Below are positions 1 to 8,936 of a stretch of 58,446 nt of DNA, piece by piece. The stretch covers positions 1 through 58,446 of IMG/VR virus record IMGVR_UViG_3300025012_000101. The stretch is one strand, 5' to 3'. This DNA comes from a virus. Lineage: Duplodnaviria; Caudoviricetes. The notes under the pieces were generated by a model, which was not told where the DNA came from, searched no databases, and was given only the letters and a program-made list of their open reading frames with translations. Both the position numbers and the translations under genes were made by a program. Position 1 is the stretch's first letter; every line of letters begins with the position of its first letter.

Positions 1-126
1 CGTGGGTCGCAATCCATGAGGTTGTCGGGCATGGCGGGCTGCGCATGCTGGATGCAAAGGTGGCAGAGCATATCGACACCTTGGCGAAGAACACTACCGT
101 AGCAAAGCTGGCGCGTGCGATTGCGG
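1..126 (+). repeat. Terminal direct repeat (assembly overlap of a circular genome), left copy
   Basis: Positions 1-126 are identical to 58318-58443, implying a circular unit of 58,317 bp. Confidence 0.95.
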
Positions 127-3100
127 TTGACCGCGGCGAGACGTTCGACAAGGCAACGCATACCGAAGAGGCGATTGCGGAGCTGGCGGCGGCCTACTTC
201 ACCAATGGCGAGAAGGAGCTGATTGACCGCTACGGCGTAAAGGCTACAGGCATCGCCAAAGATGGATTGCGCGGCATTGTGCAACGCATGATCGACACGA
301 TCCGCCGTGTTCTGGCTGTGGTGATGGGTAAGAAGATCGACGCGGTATCGGATGCCGATGTGCGCAGCGTGATTAACGCGGCACGCCGGGCAGTGGAAGG
401 TACGGAGCAAGCTGATGGGTATGGCGAACCAGGCTATGCTCTGGCATCGCGCGGCAAGCAATCCGCCGAATCTTTCGCCCGTATGGCGTTGGAAGAACTG
501 ACTTCCGAGAACGATTCCGTGTTCGCTTACAAAAAGACTTCCAGCAAGTCGATAGACGGTGCGATTCTGGATGTTGTTGATGGCGCAGAATTCATGGGAG
601 AAGATACCCGCCAGGATGAGCGTACCGAGTCACATGCGGATCGACGCTATGTCTTTAAGACACTTAATGGAAAGCCATTCTATGTGTACGAGACGGATGC
701 CGGAGAAGTATGGATCGATGTAAGCAGACTGGAAACCGGCAGCGGTGGAGGGGCAATCTATGCCGCTATCGGAAACTACGCTTTCAACACCGGCAAGCGC
801 TTCATTGGTGACCCGTTCGGTCTATCCCCGGAAGCGGTGATCAGGCGCACCCATCACATGCTTTCATCGGCACTGCGCTTTGGTACGACACGCCACTTGG
901 ATGCGGCCAAACAACAGGTATGGGGGATGCCGGAAGATGGGGTTGAACCGCTAGATTGGCGTGGCTCTGACATTGACAAAGTGGAGGCGATGATCCACAC
1001 TCTCATCGAGACGGCAGAGGAAATAGCGCCATCCATAAAGGATTTTCATTATGACTTCCAATCTAGTCAATTCAAAGACAAAACCGGAACAGTTGTCTCC
1101 GGCGCGGACATCGCGCGGCTGGTTCAAGAGAGAGACGGAGGTAACGCCGAAGACCTTGGAATTGGCACGAAAACAGCACGTCGTGTTACGGTGCTGCGAT
1201 CCTTACTGGCGGCGGATAGCAAAGGCGCATCCGGGGGGCGAAGCGGCATATTGGAGCAGCTTCTCCATTGGAGCGATTCATCCATCCCAGAAAACCTTGA
1301 AGGGCTTTTCTCCAGAAGCCCTGGCAAAGATGTCCTACATGGAGATCGTGCAGGCGATGCAGGAACGTCAAGCACGGCACTAGAATCATCTGAAGCGCCG
1401 TTATCAAGCCACGCACCGTCTGTCACCAATCCGCTTAATCTGAATACCACCGCAGCGCAGCCTGCCAATTCTTCCATCCCGGAAGAAACTGAATTCCAGA
1501 CGCGCCAGCGCCAGGTTCAGGACAAGATGAACCGCTTTAAGGTTCTTCAGGCGTGGCTCAACCATAAAGGCGTCAAGCTGACCGACAAGGCCAACGTGCA
1601 TGAGGTGGAAAACCTGATGCACGCGAAGATTGCCAACCAGACGCAGGACTTCCGCGACCAAGTTGAGGCTCCACTGTTGGAGCGCGCAGCAAAAGCCGGG
1701 TTCACGCTGGAGCAGATTGCCGATTATCTTGAAGCGCAGCACATCCCGGAAGCAAACGCGCGGATGCGCGGAATTCACCAGAACGCGAACGCCACCGCCA
1801 ACGGAATCACCGATGCAGAGGCTCAAGTAACGCTGGCGCAGTTCCAAGCCATGCCGAAGTTCGCCGAATTCACGAAGCTGGCTGACGAGTTCCGCGCCAT
1901 CGGCGATGAGACGCTGGACATGCGCCTGCGCGAAGGGCTGATTTCGCGCGACCAGTACGATGCCTATAAGGCGACATTCAAGCATTGGGTGCCGCTGCGC
2001 GGTGACGGCAAGAAGCCAGGTGTCGGCAAGGGATTGTCTGTCAACGGCAAAGAGAAGCGCCGCCTCGGGCATGGAGAGCGCGAGGGTGGTGAGTACATCA
2101 TCGAGAACTTGCTGATGGATCGTGAGCGCGCAATATACCAGGTCGAGCATAACCGCACGGTGAAGAGCATCATCCAGTTTGCGCTTGAGGCCAAAGAGCC
2201 GGACATGATCACCGTCGGCAAGCCCGAGAAGCGCCAAGTGCTGAAGGATCAGTCGGTCTTTGAGGTGCAGCACAAAGGCAAGATGATGCGCTCATTCAGT
2301 TCCGAGAACGACGCCAAGGCATTCATCAACCAGGCTATCGCGCTGTCGTCGCAGAACAAGGGCGGCGGCATGGCGCGGTCGAACTTCGCCATCGCCAAGA
2401 CCAGCGACCCGATTGTGGTGATGCAAGCCAGTCCGATGCTGGCCGAGAATGAGATTCAAGGCTACGTCGCTGGGCATACCATCCGCATCCAGCTCAATGA
2501 TGAGTTGCTGGCGCGCGCGGCAACCAATATGGGCGTAGATCAGCTTAATATGCTGCTGTCGGCTGCCCGCACGATCAATATAGGTCTATCTAAGGTCTAC
2601 ACCGCATATTCGCCGGACTTCATTTTTCGCAACGCTACCCGAGACTTCATCGCCGGAACAATCAATCTGACCGGCGACATGGGGGTGAAAATGGCCGGGA
2701 AGATTTATCTGAACTACGGCAAGGCGGCCAAAGAACTGTTCATCGCGCGCAATGACCCGCGCAAGAGCGCATGGGTGCAGAAGTACCGCGCAGCCGGGGG
2801 CAATACTGGGGCGGCCTACTTGTCCGATATTGAGCGGGTAGGGAATGACGCGCGCGCGGCCATGTATGAGCGCATGAAAGCGCTGGATGTGTACCGTACT
2901 GTATACGGGAAGCTGATTTCCGAAGGGCGTGGCCAAGTCTATGCTCATGCCTCGGCGGCGATGCGTTCTGGAATCTCAAAGTTTGGCGCGATCCCAGTTG
3001 TCGGCCACTTCCTGACGCTGATTGAACATCTGAATGCCGTCACCGAGAACGCTCTGCGCCTGGCTACCTACATGACGCTGGTGCAAAACGGTTATACCGA

Positions 3101-4310
3101 ACAGAAGGCCGCATCGGCGGCAAAGAACTCCACGGTGAATTTCAACCGCAAGGGCGAGATCAGCAACGTGGCTGGTTCGCTGTACCTATTCTTCAACCCA
3201 TCCGTACAAGGTTCTGCACGCATGTTCGGATCGTTGCTGAAATCTGAGCACAAGGGGCAGGCGCAGGCAATGGCCGGGATGCTGGCCTTTGCAGCATTTG
3301 CGCTGGCCGAGCTGGGGCGCGGTGGTGATGACGACGACGAACGAAAATGGAAGAACATTCCAGACTACGTGAAGGATCACAACATGATCCTGAAGTTTGG
3401 CGATCTGCAATGGACGATACCGGTGCCGTATGAGTTCGCGCCGTTCCATGTCCTTGGTAACTCAATATCTGATGCCGTGCATGGGGAGAGTGGCTGGAAA
3501 TCTGCGATAAAGGTACTCAAGTCGATTGTTGATAACACCACCCCGCTGGGCGATCCGTTCACCGGTGACGGCAAGGACGGAGCCAACCTGTTCCAGATGA
3601 CGCCGACACTGGTGAAGATGGCGCTGGCCCCACATGAAAATGAAAACTCATTCGGCGCACCGATTCAGCCGGAGAAGGCCAGCTACAGCAAGAACAAGCC
3701 GGACAGTCAAAATATGTTCCGCAATACCAAGGGCACGCTGTACTCGGGTGCAGCAGAATGGATGAACGAAGTCACTGGCGGATCGAAGTACCAGCCTGGC
3801 GGAGTTGATGTGTCTCCCGAGACGCTGAAGTTCTGGGTATCTTCGCTGACTGGCGGAGCCGGGCGCTTCGTGACTGACTCAATCGGCGCTGCGTATGGTG
3901 CAACTGAAGGTGTCGCGCCTGACTTGCGCAGCACACCCATTGCCAGGGTATTTGTCCGCGAGCCTAGTGTGGCGGACGCACGCTCACGGTTCTGGGAAGC
4001 GACCAACGAAGCCAAGCAAGCAGCAGACGCTTTTGCCATGGCGAAGAAGGGGCACGACGGCAGCGCGATGAAGGAAATTCGTGATGCCGACAACGACCTG
4101 ATTCAACTGTCCAGATTCGCCGACCATATGGGGAAGGCTGCCGCGAAGAAGCGTGACCTGATCGACCAGATTAGAATGAATGATCAGATGCCGCTGGCGC
4201 AGAAGCGTGAGCAGATGAAAGAGATCGAGCAGAAGGAGCAGGAATACTACGACCGATTCCTCAAGGTGTTCGACCAGAAGCAGAAGGCGCGGAAGGACAA
4301 GGCGGCGTAG
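3..4310 (+). CDS. C-terminal part of giant polyvalent virion/ejection protein (continues from 51189 across the junction); probable LPD38-like C-terminus
   Basis: The ATG at 45 corresponds to 58362, which is in frame with the ORF starting at 51189. HEVVGHGGLR motif at the junction. C-terminal motifs VNFNRKG, LYLFFNPSVQG and IPVPYE are typical of phage large polyvalent proteins. Confidence 0.85.
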   Translation, partial: WVAIHEVVGHGGLRMLDAKVAEHIDTLAKNTTVAKLARAIAVDRGETFDKATHTEEAIAELAAAYFTNGEKELIDRYGVKATGIAKDGLRGIVQRMIDTIRRVLAVVMGKKIDAVSDADVRSVINAARRAVEGTEQADGYGEPGYALASRGKQSAESFARMALEELTSENDSVFAYKKTSSKSIDGAILDVVDGAEFMGEDTRQDERTESHADRRYVFKTLNGKPFYVYETDAGEVWIDVSRLETGSGGGAIYAAIGNYAFNTGKRFIGDPFGLSPEAVIRRTHHMLSSALRFGTTRHLDAAKQQVWGMPEDGVEPLDWRGSDIDKVEAMIHTLIETAEEIAPSIKDFHYDFQSSQFKDKTGTVVSGADIARLVQERDGGNAEDLGIGTKTARRVTVLRSLLAADSKGASGGRSGILEQLLHWSDSSIPENLEGLFSRSPGKDVLHGDRAGDAGTSSTALESSEAPLSSHAPSVTNPLNLNTTAAQPANSSIPEETEFQTRQRQVQDKMNRFKVLQAWLNHKGVKLTDKANVHEVENLMHAKIANQTQDFRDQVEAPLLERAAKAGFTLEQIADYLEAQHIPEANARMRGIHQNANATANGITDAEAQVTLAQFQAMPKFAEFTKLADEFRAIGDETLDMRLREGLISRDQYDAYKATFKHWVPLRGDGKKPGVGKGLSVNGKEKRRLGHGEREGGEYIIENLLMDRERAIYQVEHNRTVKSIIQFALEAKEPDMITVGKPEKRQVLKDQSVFEVQHKGKMMRSFSSENDAKAFINQAIALSSQNKGGGMARSNFAIAKTSDPIVVMQASPMLAENEIQGYVAGHTIRIQLNDELLARAATNMGVDQLNMLLSAARTINIGLSKVYTAYSPDFIFRNATRDFIAGTINLTGDMGVKMAGKIYLNYGKAAKELFIARNDPRKSAWVQKYRAAGGNTGAAYLSDIERVGNDARAAMYERMKALDVYRTVYGKLISEGRGQVYAHASAAMRSGISKFGAIPVVGHFLTLIEHLNAVTENALRLATYMTLVQNGYTEQKAASAAKNSTVNFNRKGEISNVAGSLYLFFNPSVQGSARMFGSLLKSEHKGQAQAMAGMLAFAAFALAELGRGGDDDDERKWKNIPDYVKDHNMILKFGDLQWTIPVPYEFAPFHVLGNSISDAVHGESGWKSAIKVLKSIVDNTTPLGDPFTGDGKDGANLFQMTPTLVKMALAPHENENSFGAPIQPEKASYSKNKPDSQNMFRNTKGTLYSGAAEWMNEVTGGSKYQPGGVDVSPETLKFWVSSLTGGAGRFVTDSIGAAYGATEGVAPDLRSTPIARVFVREPSVADARSRFWEATNEAKQAADAFAMAKKGHDGSAMKEIRDADNDLIQLSRFADHMGKAAAKKRDLIDQIRMNDQMPLAQKREQMKEIEQKEQEYYDRFLKVFDQKQKARKDKAA

Positions 4311-4317
4311 TGCGGTT

Positions 4318-5295
4318 TCAAAGCCTGCTTGCCAGATTCTCTGCGCTCTCATTGTAGTATATCATCAACATTTTTAGGTCACGGTGCCCGACCATACGCG
4401 CCAGCGCTAGCACGTCGAGCTTCTTTGCCAGCCGAGTAATCGCGGTATGGCGCAGGTCGTGGAATGTCAGCCCTTCGACTTCCGCCATCTTCTTCGCCTT
4501 GCGGAAATTGGCGTCTATCTGCGCGGTGGATAAATTAAACACCACGCTTTCGGTTCCCATCTGCCGCAGCAGCCTGATCGCCTCTTCCGATAGCGGCACG
4601 TCCCGGCTGGCTGCGTCCGTCTTGCCACTATCAACATGCATGTATCGCTTTTGTATATGCACGTTCTGCCAGTCCAGCGCTGCAATTTCACCGGCGCGCA
4701 TGGCTGATTCGATGGCGAATAGCATTGCCGCCCCGACCCTCGCGCCCACCGATCTTGGGGGTTCATTCCTGCTGTAGCCAAGCGCCACGGATAGCAACTC
4801 AATTTCATTCTGTGTTGCGATTCTGTCCCTTGCCTTTCCGTGTGCCGGCACCTTTACGCCGCGCATCGGGTGTTCTTTCAGCCAGTGCCATTCATTTATG
4901 GCAGTGGTGCAAGCAGACGACAGTAGCACCCACTCCCGGCGCACGCTTGACGATGTCACAGATTCAAGCCGCCTATCCCGCCACGACGCGAAATCTGGCT
5001 GCTTGAGTTCGGATAGTTTCACCTTGGCTATCTTGTCCCGCATGATAAGGTTGATGCGCAACCGCTCCCAGCGCTCCCCCTTCTTGGTTGGCGATACCTC
5101 GTCACGGTATTTCTCAAGGAGCTGGCCGAATGTTTTATTCGGTACATCTCCGCGCTTCCCTGCTATTATCTCGGCCTCGATTGAGGTAGCCCAGGATTGA
5201 GCTTCAGCCTTTGTTGAAAACGTCGCGGAGGCACGCTTTCCGTGCTTGGAAACTTCTGCGCGCCACCCGGTTTCTGATTTTCTGAAAGATGCCAT
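4318..5295 (-). CDS. int: Tyrosine recombinase / phage integrase
   Basis: Catalytic motifs AMRAGEI, KT, FHDLRHTAIT and VGHRDLKMLMIYY; adjacent to attP. Confidence 0.95.
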   Translation of the reverse strand: MASFRKSETGWRAEVSKHGKRASATFSTKAEAQSWATSIEAEIIAGKRGDVPNKTFGQLLEKYRDEVSPTKKGERWERLRINLIMRDKIAKVKLSELKQPDFASWRDRRLESVTSSSVRREWVLLSSACTTAINEWHWLKEHPMRGVKVPAHGKARDRIATQNEIELLSVALGYSRNEPPRSVGARVGAAMLFAIESAMRAGEIAALDWQNVHIQKRYMHVDSGKTDAASRDVPLSEEAIRLLRQMGTESVVFNLSTAQIDANFRKAKKMAEVEGLTFHDLRHTAITRLAKKLDVLALARMVGHRDLKMLMIYYNESAENLASRL

Positions 5296-5324
5296 TGCGT
5301 AATTCTTGCGTAAAATTTGCGTAA
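5295..5324 (+). repeat. Three TTGCGTAA direct repeats at 11-bp period; putative integrase arm-type sites
   Basis: Copies at 5295, 5306 and 5317; related copies on the other side of the att core at 5494 (CTGCGTAA) and 5505 (TTGCGCTA). Confidence 0.7.
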
Positions 5325-5391
5325 ATCATAACAGGCTAAAGTAGGAAAGTGTGGAAAATACTAGGGATTGTGAAAGCGTGGAAGTGGCATG

Positions 5392-5411
5392 AAAAAAGCC
5401 CCGAAGGGCTT
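5392..5411 (-). terminator. Rho-independent terminator downstream of the tRNA-like att core
   Basis: Minus strand AAGCCC-TTCG-GGGCTT-TTTT; positioned to terminate the reconstituted tRNA after integration. Confidence 0.75.
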
Positions 5412-5439
5412 ATTCTACGGGGCTTTAGTGCTGTTTACG

Positions 5440-5460
5440 TGGTGCCCAGAAGAGGACTTG
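5440..5460 (-). other. attP core: 3' end of a tRNA (probably tRNA-Leu)
   Basis: Minus strand CAAGTCCTCTTCTGGGCACCA matches the T-arm 3' half, acceptor stem and CCA. No 5' tRNA half is present. It lies between int and xis. Confidence 0.85.
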
Positions 5461-5480
5461 GAAAGCTAGTATTTAAGCGG

Positions 5481-5494
5481 GTTTCACGTGAAAC
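5481..5494. promoter_or_regulatory. Perfect palindrome GTTTCACGTGAAAC matching the core of the chromosomal parS consensus
   Basis: Inner 14 of 16 bp of TGTTTCACGTGAAACA; the outer bases differ. Confidence 0.5.
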
Positions 5495-5509
5495 TGCGTA
5501 ATTATTGCG

Positions 5510-5740
5510 CTATGCTGCACGTCTTTCCTGATGGCGCTGCATCCATGTCAGCACTTCATCTGCCATCCACCTTGGCGTCGATCTTCCACCCCCAGCAAGC
5601 GGCAGCCGGATCGCCTGCGGGAACCCTGGCGCAGTGGCGACATGCTCTTTGAAATACTTGGGTTTCATTTGCAATATTCCGGCGATATAGTCACCATCCC
5701 AAAGCTGGAGTTCGGTTGGAATTTCTTTTGGCTGCCTCAT
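5510..5740 (-). CDS. Excisionase / AlpA-like recombination directionality factor
   Basis: 76 aa from the ATG at 5740; PGFPQAIRL...PRWMADEV winged-helix pattern; next to attP. Confidence 0.75.
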   Translation of the reverse strand: MRQPKEIPTELQLWDGDYIAGILQMKPKYFKEHVATAPGFPQAIRLPLAGGGRSTPRWMADEVLTWMQRHQERRAA

Positions 5741-5922
5741 TCTATTTCTCCTTGCTGAGTGGCCGAACATCCATTCGGCACGAAGTCCTCGCAGACATCC
5801 TGTCCGGCGCGAAATTCGTTGAAGTCTTGGAACGATTGAATCGCGCTCGGTTTCGCCGTGAAGCGGTAGCACTCTTCACGGCTTGGGCATTGCGTGTCTT
5901 GGCACATGGATATATCAGGCAT
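5737..5922 (-). CDS. Small Cys-rich phage hypothetical protein
   Basis: MPDISMCQDTQCPSREECYRF; has an RBS and overlaps the xis start. Confidence 0.65.
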   Translation of the reverse strand: MPDISMCQDTQCPSREECYRFTAKPSAIQSFQDFNEFRAGQDVCEDFVPNGCSATQQGEIE

Positions 5923-5946
5923 GGTGCGTCCTCAAAATGGTAGAAA

Positions 5947-6414
5947 TTAAAAAGGAATATCGTCATCGAAGTTGTCGAACGCACCAGCGCCTTGAGCAGG
6001 CGGATTATCTGGACGCGCGTTCCCTGCTGGCTTCGCTGCCGGAGCTGGGCGCGACTGCTCAGCTTGTTCGTGATCGCCGCCTTGCTGCCTGCTGCTCAGC
6101 ATCTGCATTTCGTTTACGATGATCTCGGTGGTGTAACGGTCTTGGCCCTCTTTTGTCTGATATTTTCGGGTTTGCAACTTACCTTCGATGTAGACCTGAG
6201 AACCCTTCTTCAGGTACTCTCCCGCCACTTCCGCCAGCCGACGGTAGAACACCAGGTTGTGCCATTCTGTCTTTTCCTGTTTTTCACCGGCCTTGTCTTT
6301 CCAGGTTTCGGAAGTCGCAAGCGTGGCGTTGGTCACCGCTTCGCCGTTGGTCATGTAGCGTGTTTCCGGGTCTTTGCCCAGGCGGCCTATCAGAATCACT
6401 TTGTTCACGCTCAT
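5947..6414 (-). CDS. ssb: Single-stranded DNA-binding protein
   Basis: [16 protein letters not shown]-terminus and acidic FDDDIPF tail. Confidence 0.97.
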   Translation of the reverse strand: MSVNKVILIGRLGKDPETRYMTNGEAVTNATLATSETWKDKAGEKQEKTEWHNLVFYRRLAEVAGEYLKKGSQVYIEGKLQTRKYQTKEGQDRYTTEIIVNEMQMLSSRQQGGDHEQAEQSRPAPAAKPAGNARPDNPPAQGAGAFDNFDDDIPF

Positions 6415-7319
6415 ACTGCTCTCCTTAGTGCTTCAATAACATCGCAAGCCACAACCGGTACAACTGCATTGCCCAGCATGTGCATTGCGTCCTTTGCTCG
6501 TTCTGGAAGCAGGTAATGATGAGGAAACCCCATAAACTTCCTGCACTCTTCAACCGATAGCATGCGCATGCGGTCGCCATCTATAACTGCCCAACGGTCG
6601 CGCGTCGTGATTGTTCCAACTGGGCGGCTCAGGCTACGCCCACCTCGCTCGTTTCCGTAATAGGCGGTCAGGAATCTGCTGCCATGCACTTTGCGCCCTT
6701 CCGATATGCGCGCAAGCGTAGCCACGCTGCGCCCGGCCTTGTTAATTGAAGACCATCGCCCGGCGTTGAAGTCTATGATTTCAGCCGACCCGACATGCTC
6801 GCGCCGTGGCAGGTTTAGTTCGATAGGGTGCTTGCTGCGCGTTCCGACGATAAACAGGCGGCGTCTGTGCTGCGGAACTCCATGATCGGCAGCATCAATA
6901 ATCATGGGCGATAGAGCATAGCCAAGCGCACCCATAGCAGAACACCACGCCGGGTACAGCGACCACTTGGCGAACTCAGGAACGTTCTCTACCGTGAATG
7001 ATTCTGGCCGGTGATATTCGGCAGCGCTTACGACTGCCCATGCCGTGCTTCGCTGGGCATCATGGTGCGGACGCTCCTTTCCACGCGCTCGGCTATGGCC
7101 TTGGCATGCAGGTGATGCCATAAGTAGATCATGTGCAGGAATCTGCTTCCAGTCAGCTTGATGCAAATCTTGGCAGGCATGGATAGTTTCTGGATGGTTG
7201 GCCGCATGAATATTCACGGCAGCTTGCCAATGGTTTGCCGCCCATACAACCTTAACACCGGCCATTTTTGCGCCGGTCGAAAAACCGCCAGCTCCAGCGA
7301 ATAGATCAATTGCATTCAC
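6411..7319 (-). CDS. DNA cytosine-C5 methyltransferase
   Basis: Motifs [36 protein letters not shown] and LGNAV. Confidence 0.92.
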   Translation of the reverse strand: MNAIDLFAGAGGFSTGAKMAGVKVVWAANHWQAAVNIHAANHPETIHACQDLHQADWKQIPAHDLLMASPACQGHSRARGKERPHHDAQRSTAWAVVSAAEYHRPESFTVENVPEFAKWSLYPAWCSAMGALGYALSPMIIDAADHGVPQHRRRLFIVGTRSKHPIELNLPRREHVGSAEIIDFNAGRWSSINKAGRSVATLARISEGRKVHGSRFLTAYYGNERGGRSLSRPVGTITTRDRWAVIDGDRMRMLSVEECRKFMGFPHHYLLPERAKDAMHMLGNAVVPVVACDVIEALRRAV

Positions 7320-8365
7320 GCTATCCTCTCCGGGTAGCCGTCATGCAGCACGCCATCTAGCAGGCGTCCGGCTGCTTTCTTTCCAATACGTGCGACCGCT
7401 GCATCACCTTTTCGGAAATGCCCATCCGGCTCTCGCCCGTCTCCTTGCAGGTAGCGGACGTGGCCACGGCGCAAATCGCCGCCTTCATCGCCGCCAGCAC
7501 GCGCTTGATGCGGTGCCCACTCTCCCCACTGCTTGAACAGAAACGGTACGCCAGCCTCTGCACACTGATCGCGCAGGCTTCTTGCCCAATCAGGATGTAT
7601 CGGTCGAGCGTTGGGGCCGGATTCACCGCCACAAACAACCCAGTCTATCCTTGGGTGCCCTGGGAACTCACGTTGCAACATATCAACGCGGTTCCCGTCA
7701 AAAGGAACAGTGCATGACACCGCGCCGAGCATCGGCTCAACACTGATCCAGTGAACGGCTGCTGGCGTTTGCAGCAACAGCGGGATGCGCGCGTCGGCGG
7801 CTTCCTGATTCTCGACGCTAATGCCGAGCCACACATTCGGCAGGGGGAATTGTGTGAACACGCTTACCTTATTGCCCGGATCGCCGATGTGCGATAGGTT
7901 GGCATAACGCTGTGGCTCCATCGATTCGGCGAAAGCATCACCGGCACGTACCCACTTGTCACGGACGGCGCTCAACCGTAGATAATCCAGCATCCGCTCC
8001 GTCCTCTTCGTGAGCACCTGAAACGTGTGCTGCTTCGCCAGCGCCATCACCGCAAACACTTGGTCGATAAACTCATCCGGCACGCTCTCGTGAAACAGGT
8101 CGGACATGCTGTTCACGAACACCATGCGCGGGCGCTTCCATCGAAGCGGGTCTTGCAAATGTTCCGGCACCAGCTTGATGTTCCCATTCCAGCGCTTCGT
8201 TTCTGGATTGATCGTGCCTTCGTATGGCTGGCCAGCGCCGCAGAACCGCGCGGCCATGCTCTCGGCATAGCAGTTCATGCAGCCAGCGGAAACGCGAGTG
8301 CAGCCGCGCACTGGGTTCCATGTCTCGTCAGTCCAAGCTATCCCGCCGTTGCGCTGGTCAGCCAT
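7316..8365 (-). CDS. Phage Gp37/Gp68 (DUF5131) family protein, radical-SAM-like
   Basis: IAWTDETWNPVRGCTRVSAGCMNCYA, FVNSMSDLFH, WVVCGGESG and FLFKQWG. Confidence 0.9.
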   Translation of the reverse strand: MADQRNGGIAWTDETWNPVRGCTRVSAGCMNCYAESMAARFCGAGQPYEGTINPETKRWNGNIKLVPEHLQDPLRWKRPRMVFVNSMSDLFHESVPDEFIDQVFAVMALAKQHTFQVLTKRTERMLDYLRLSAVRDKWVRAGDAFAESMEPQRYANLSHIGDPGNKVSVFTQFPLPNVWLGISVENQEAADARIPLLLQTPAAVHWISVEPMLGAVSCTVPFDGNRVDMLQREFPGHPRIDWVVCGGESGPNARPIHPDWARSLRDQCAEAGVPFLFKQWGEWAPHQARAGGDEGGDLRRGHVRYLQGDGREPDGHFRKGDAAVARIGKKAAGRLLDGVLHDGYPERIA

Positions 8366-8936
8366 TTGCAGATTCCTTGCACACGAATGGCGCGATATTC
8401 GGCGATGTCCATCCGCCCGGCTTCTTCACTTTGCCGTTTGCGTCCTTGATGGCGACGAGGCCGAGGCCGTTGCAAACTCCGCAATCAACCAATCCTCGTT
8501 CATCGCTAAAATGATGCTTCCCGTTCCCGCATGAACATTCCACCAGCTTTGCCAGATTCGCCCGCGCCACTTCCCCGGCTGCGCCTTCCACGTCAGCACC
8601 TTGAGATAGGGCGCTTCCAATGGTTACCCAGGCAAGGTCGATATCTGCGTCAAGCATGGCGGCGCGGTCTGCAAGCTCAACGGCCTTGTCGAATTCTCCG
8701 ACCTTCATCCCCTGCGAAACGTCATGCAGAATGTCGCGCAAGTGCATCAGTCGCATCACTCCGGAAACATCTGCATCAGGTTCCAGAGATATTCCTTCAA
8801 TCAGTGCATCAACCTTCTCGCACATTTCTTCCGTCTGCAACCCGATATACAGCGCCGTCTGCCGCACGTTGTAGCGGTCTGTGGTGCATCCGATGGCTTC
8901 GGTGAACTGGCGTACTACTTTGATGATGTCGGTCAT
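8358..8936 (-). CDS. MazG-like all-alpha NTP pyrophosphohydrolase with inserted Cys-rich (Zn-ribbon) segment
   Basis: EEMCE, LDADIDLAWVTIG, EVARANLAK and KDANGKVKKPGGW motifs; CSCGNG...CGVCNG insert. Confidence 0.75.
   Translation of the reverse strand: MTDIIKVVRQFTEAIGCTTDRYNVRQTALYIGLQTEEMCEKVDALIEGISLEPDADVSGVMRLMHLRDILHDVSQGMKVGEFDKAVELADRAAMLDADIDLAWVTIGSALSQGADVEGAAGEVARANLAKLVECSCGNGKHHFSDERGLVDCGVCNGLGLVAIKDANGKVKKPGGWTSPNIAPFVCKESANG

Noticed and set aside
5440-5460. A tRNA gene
   Set aside because: Only the 3' 21 nt are present, with no D-arm or anticodon arm; it is the att core.
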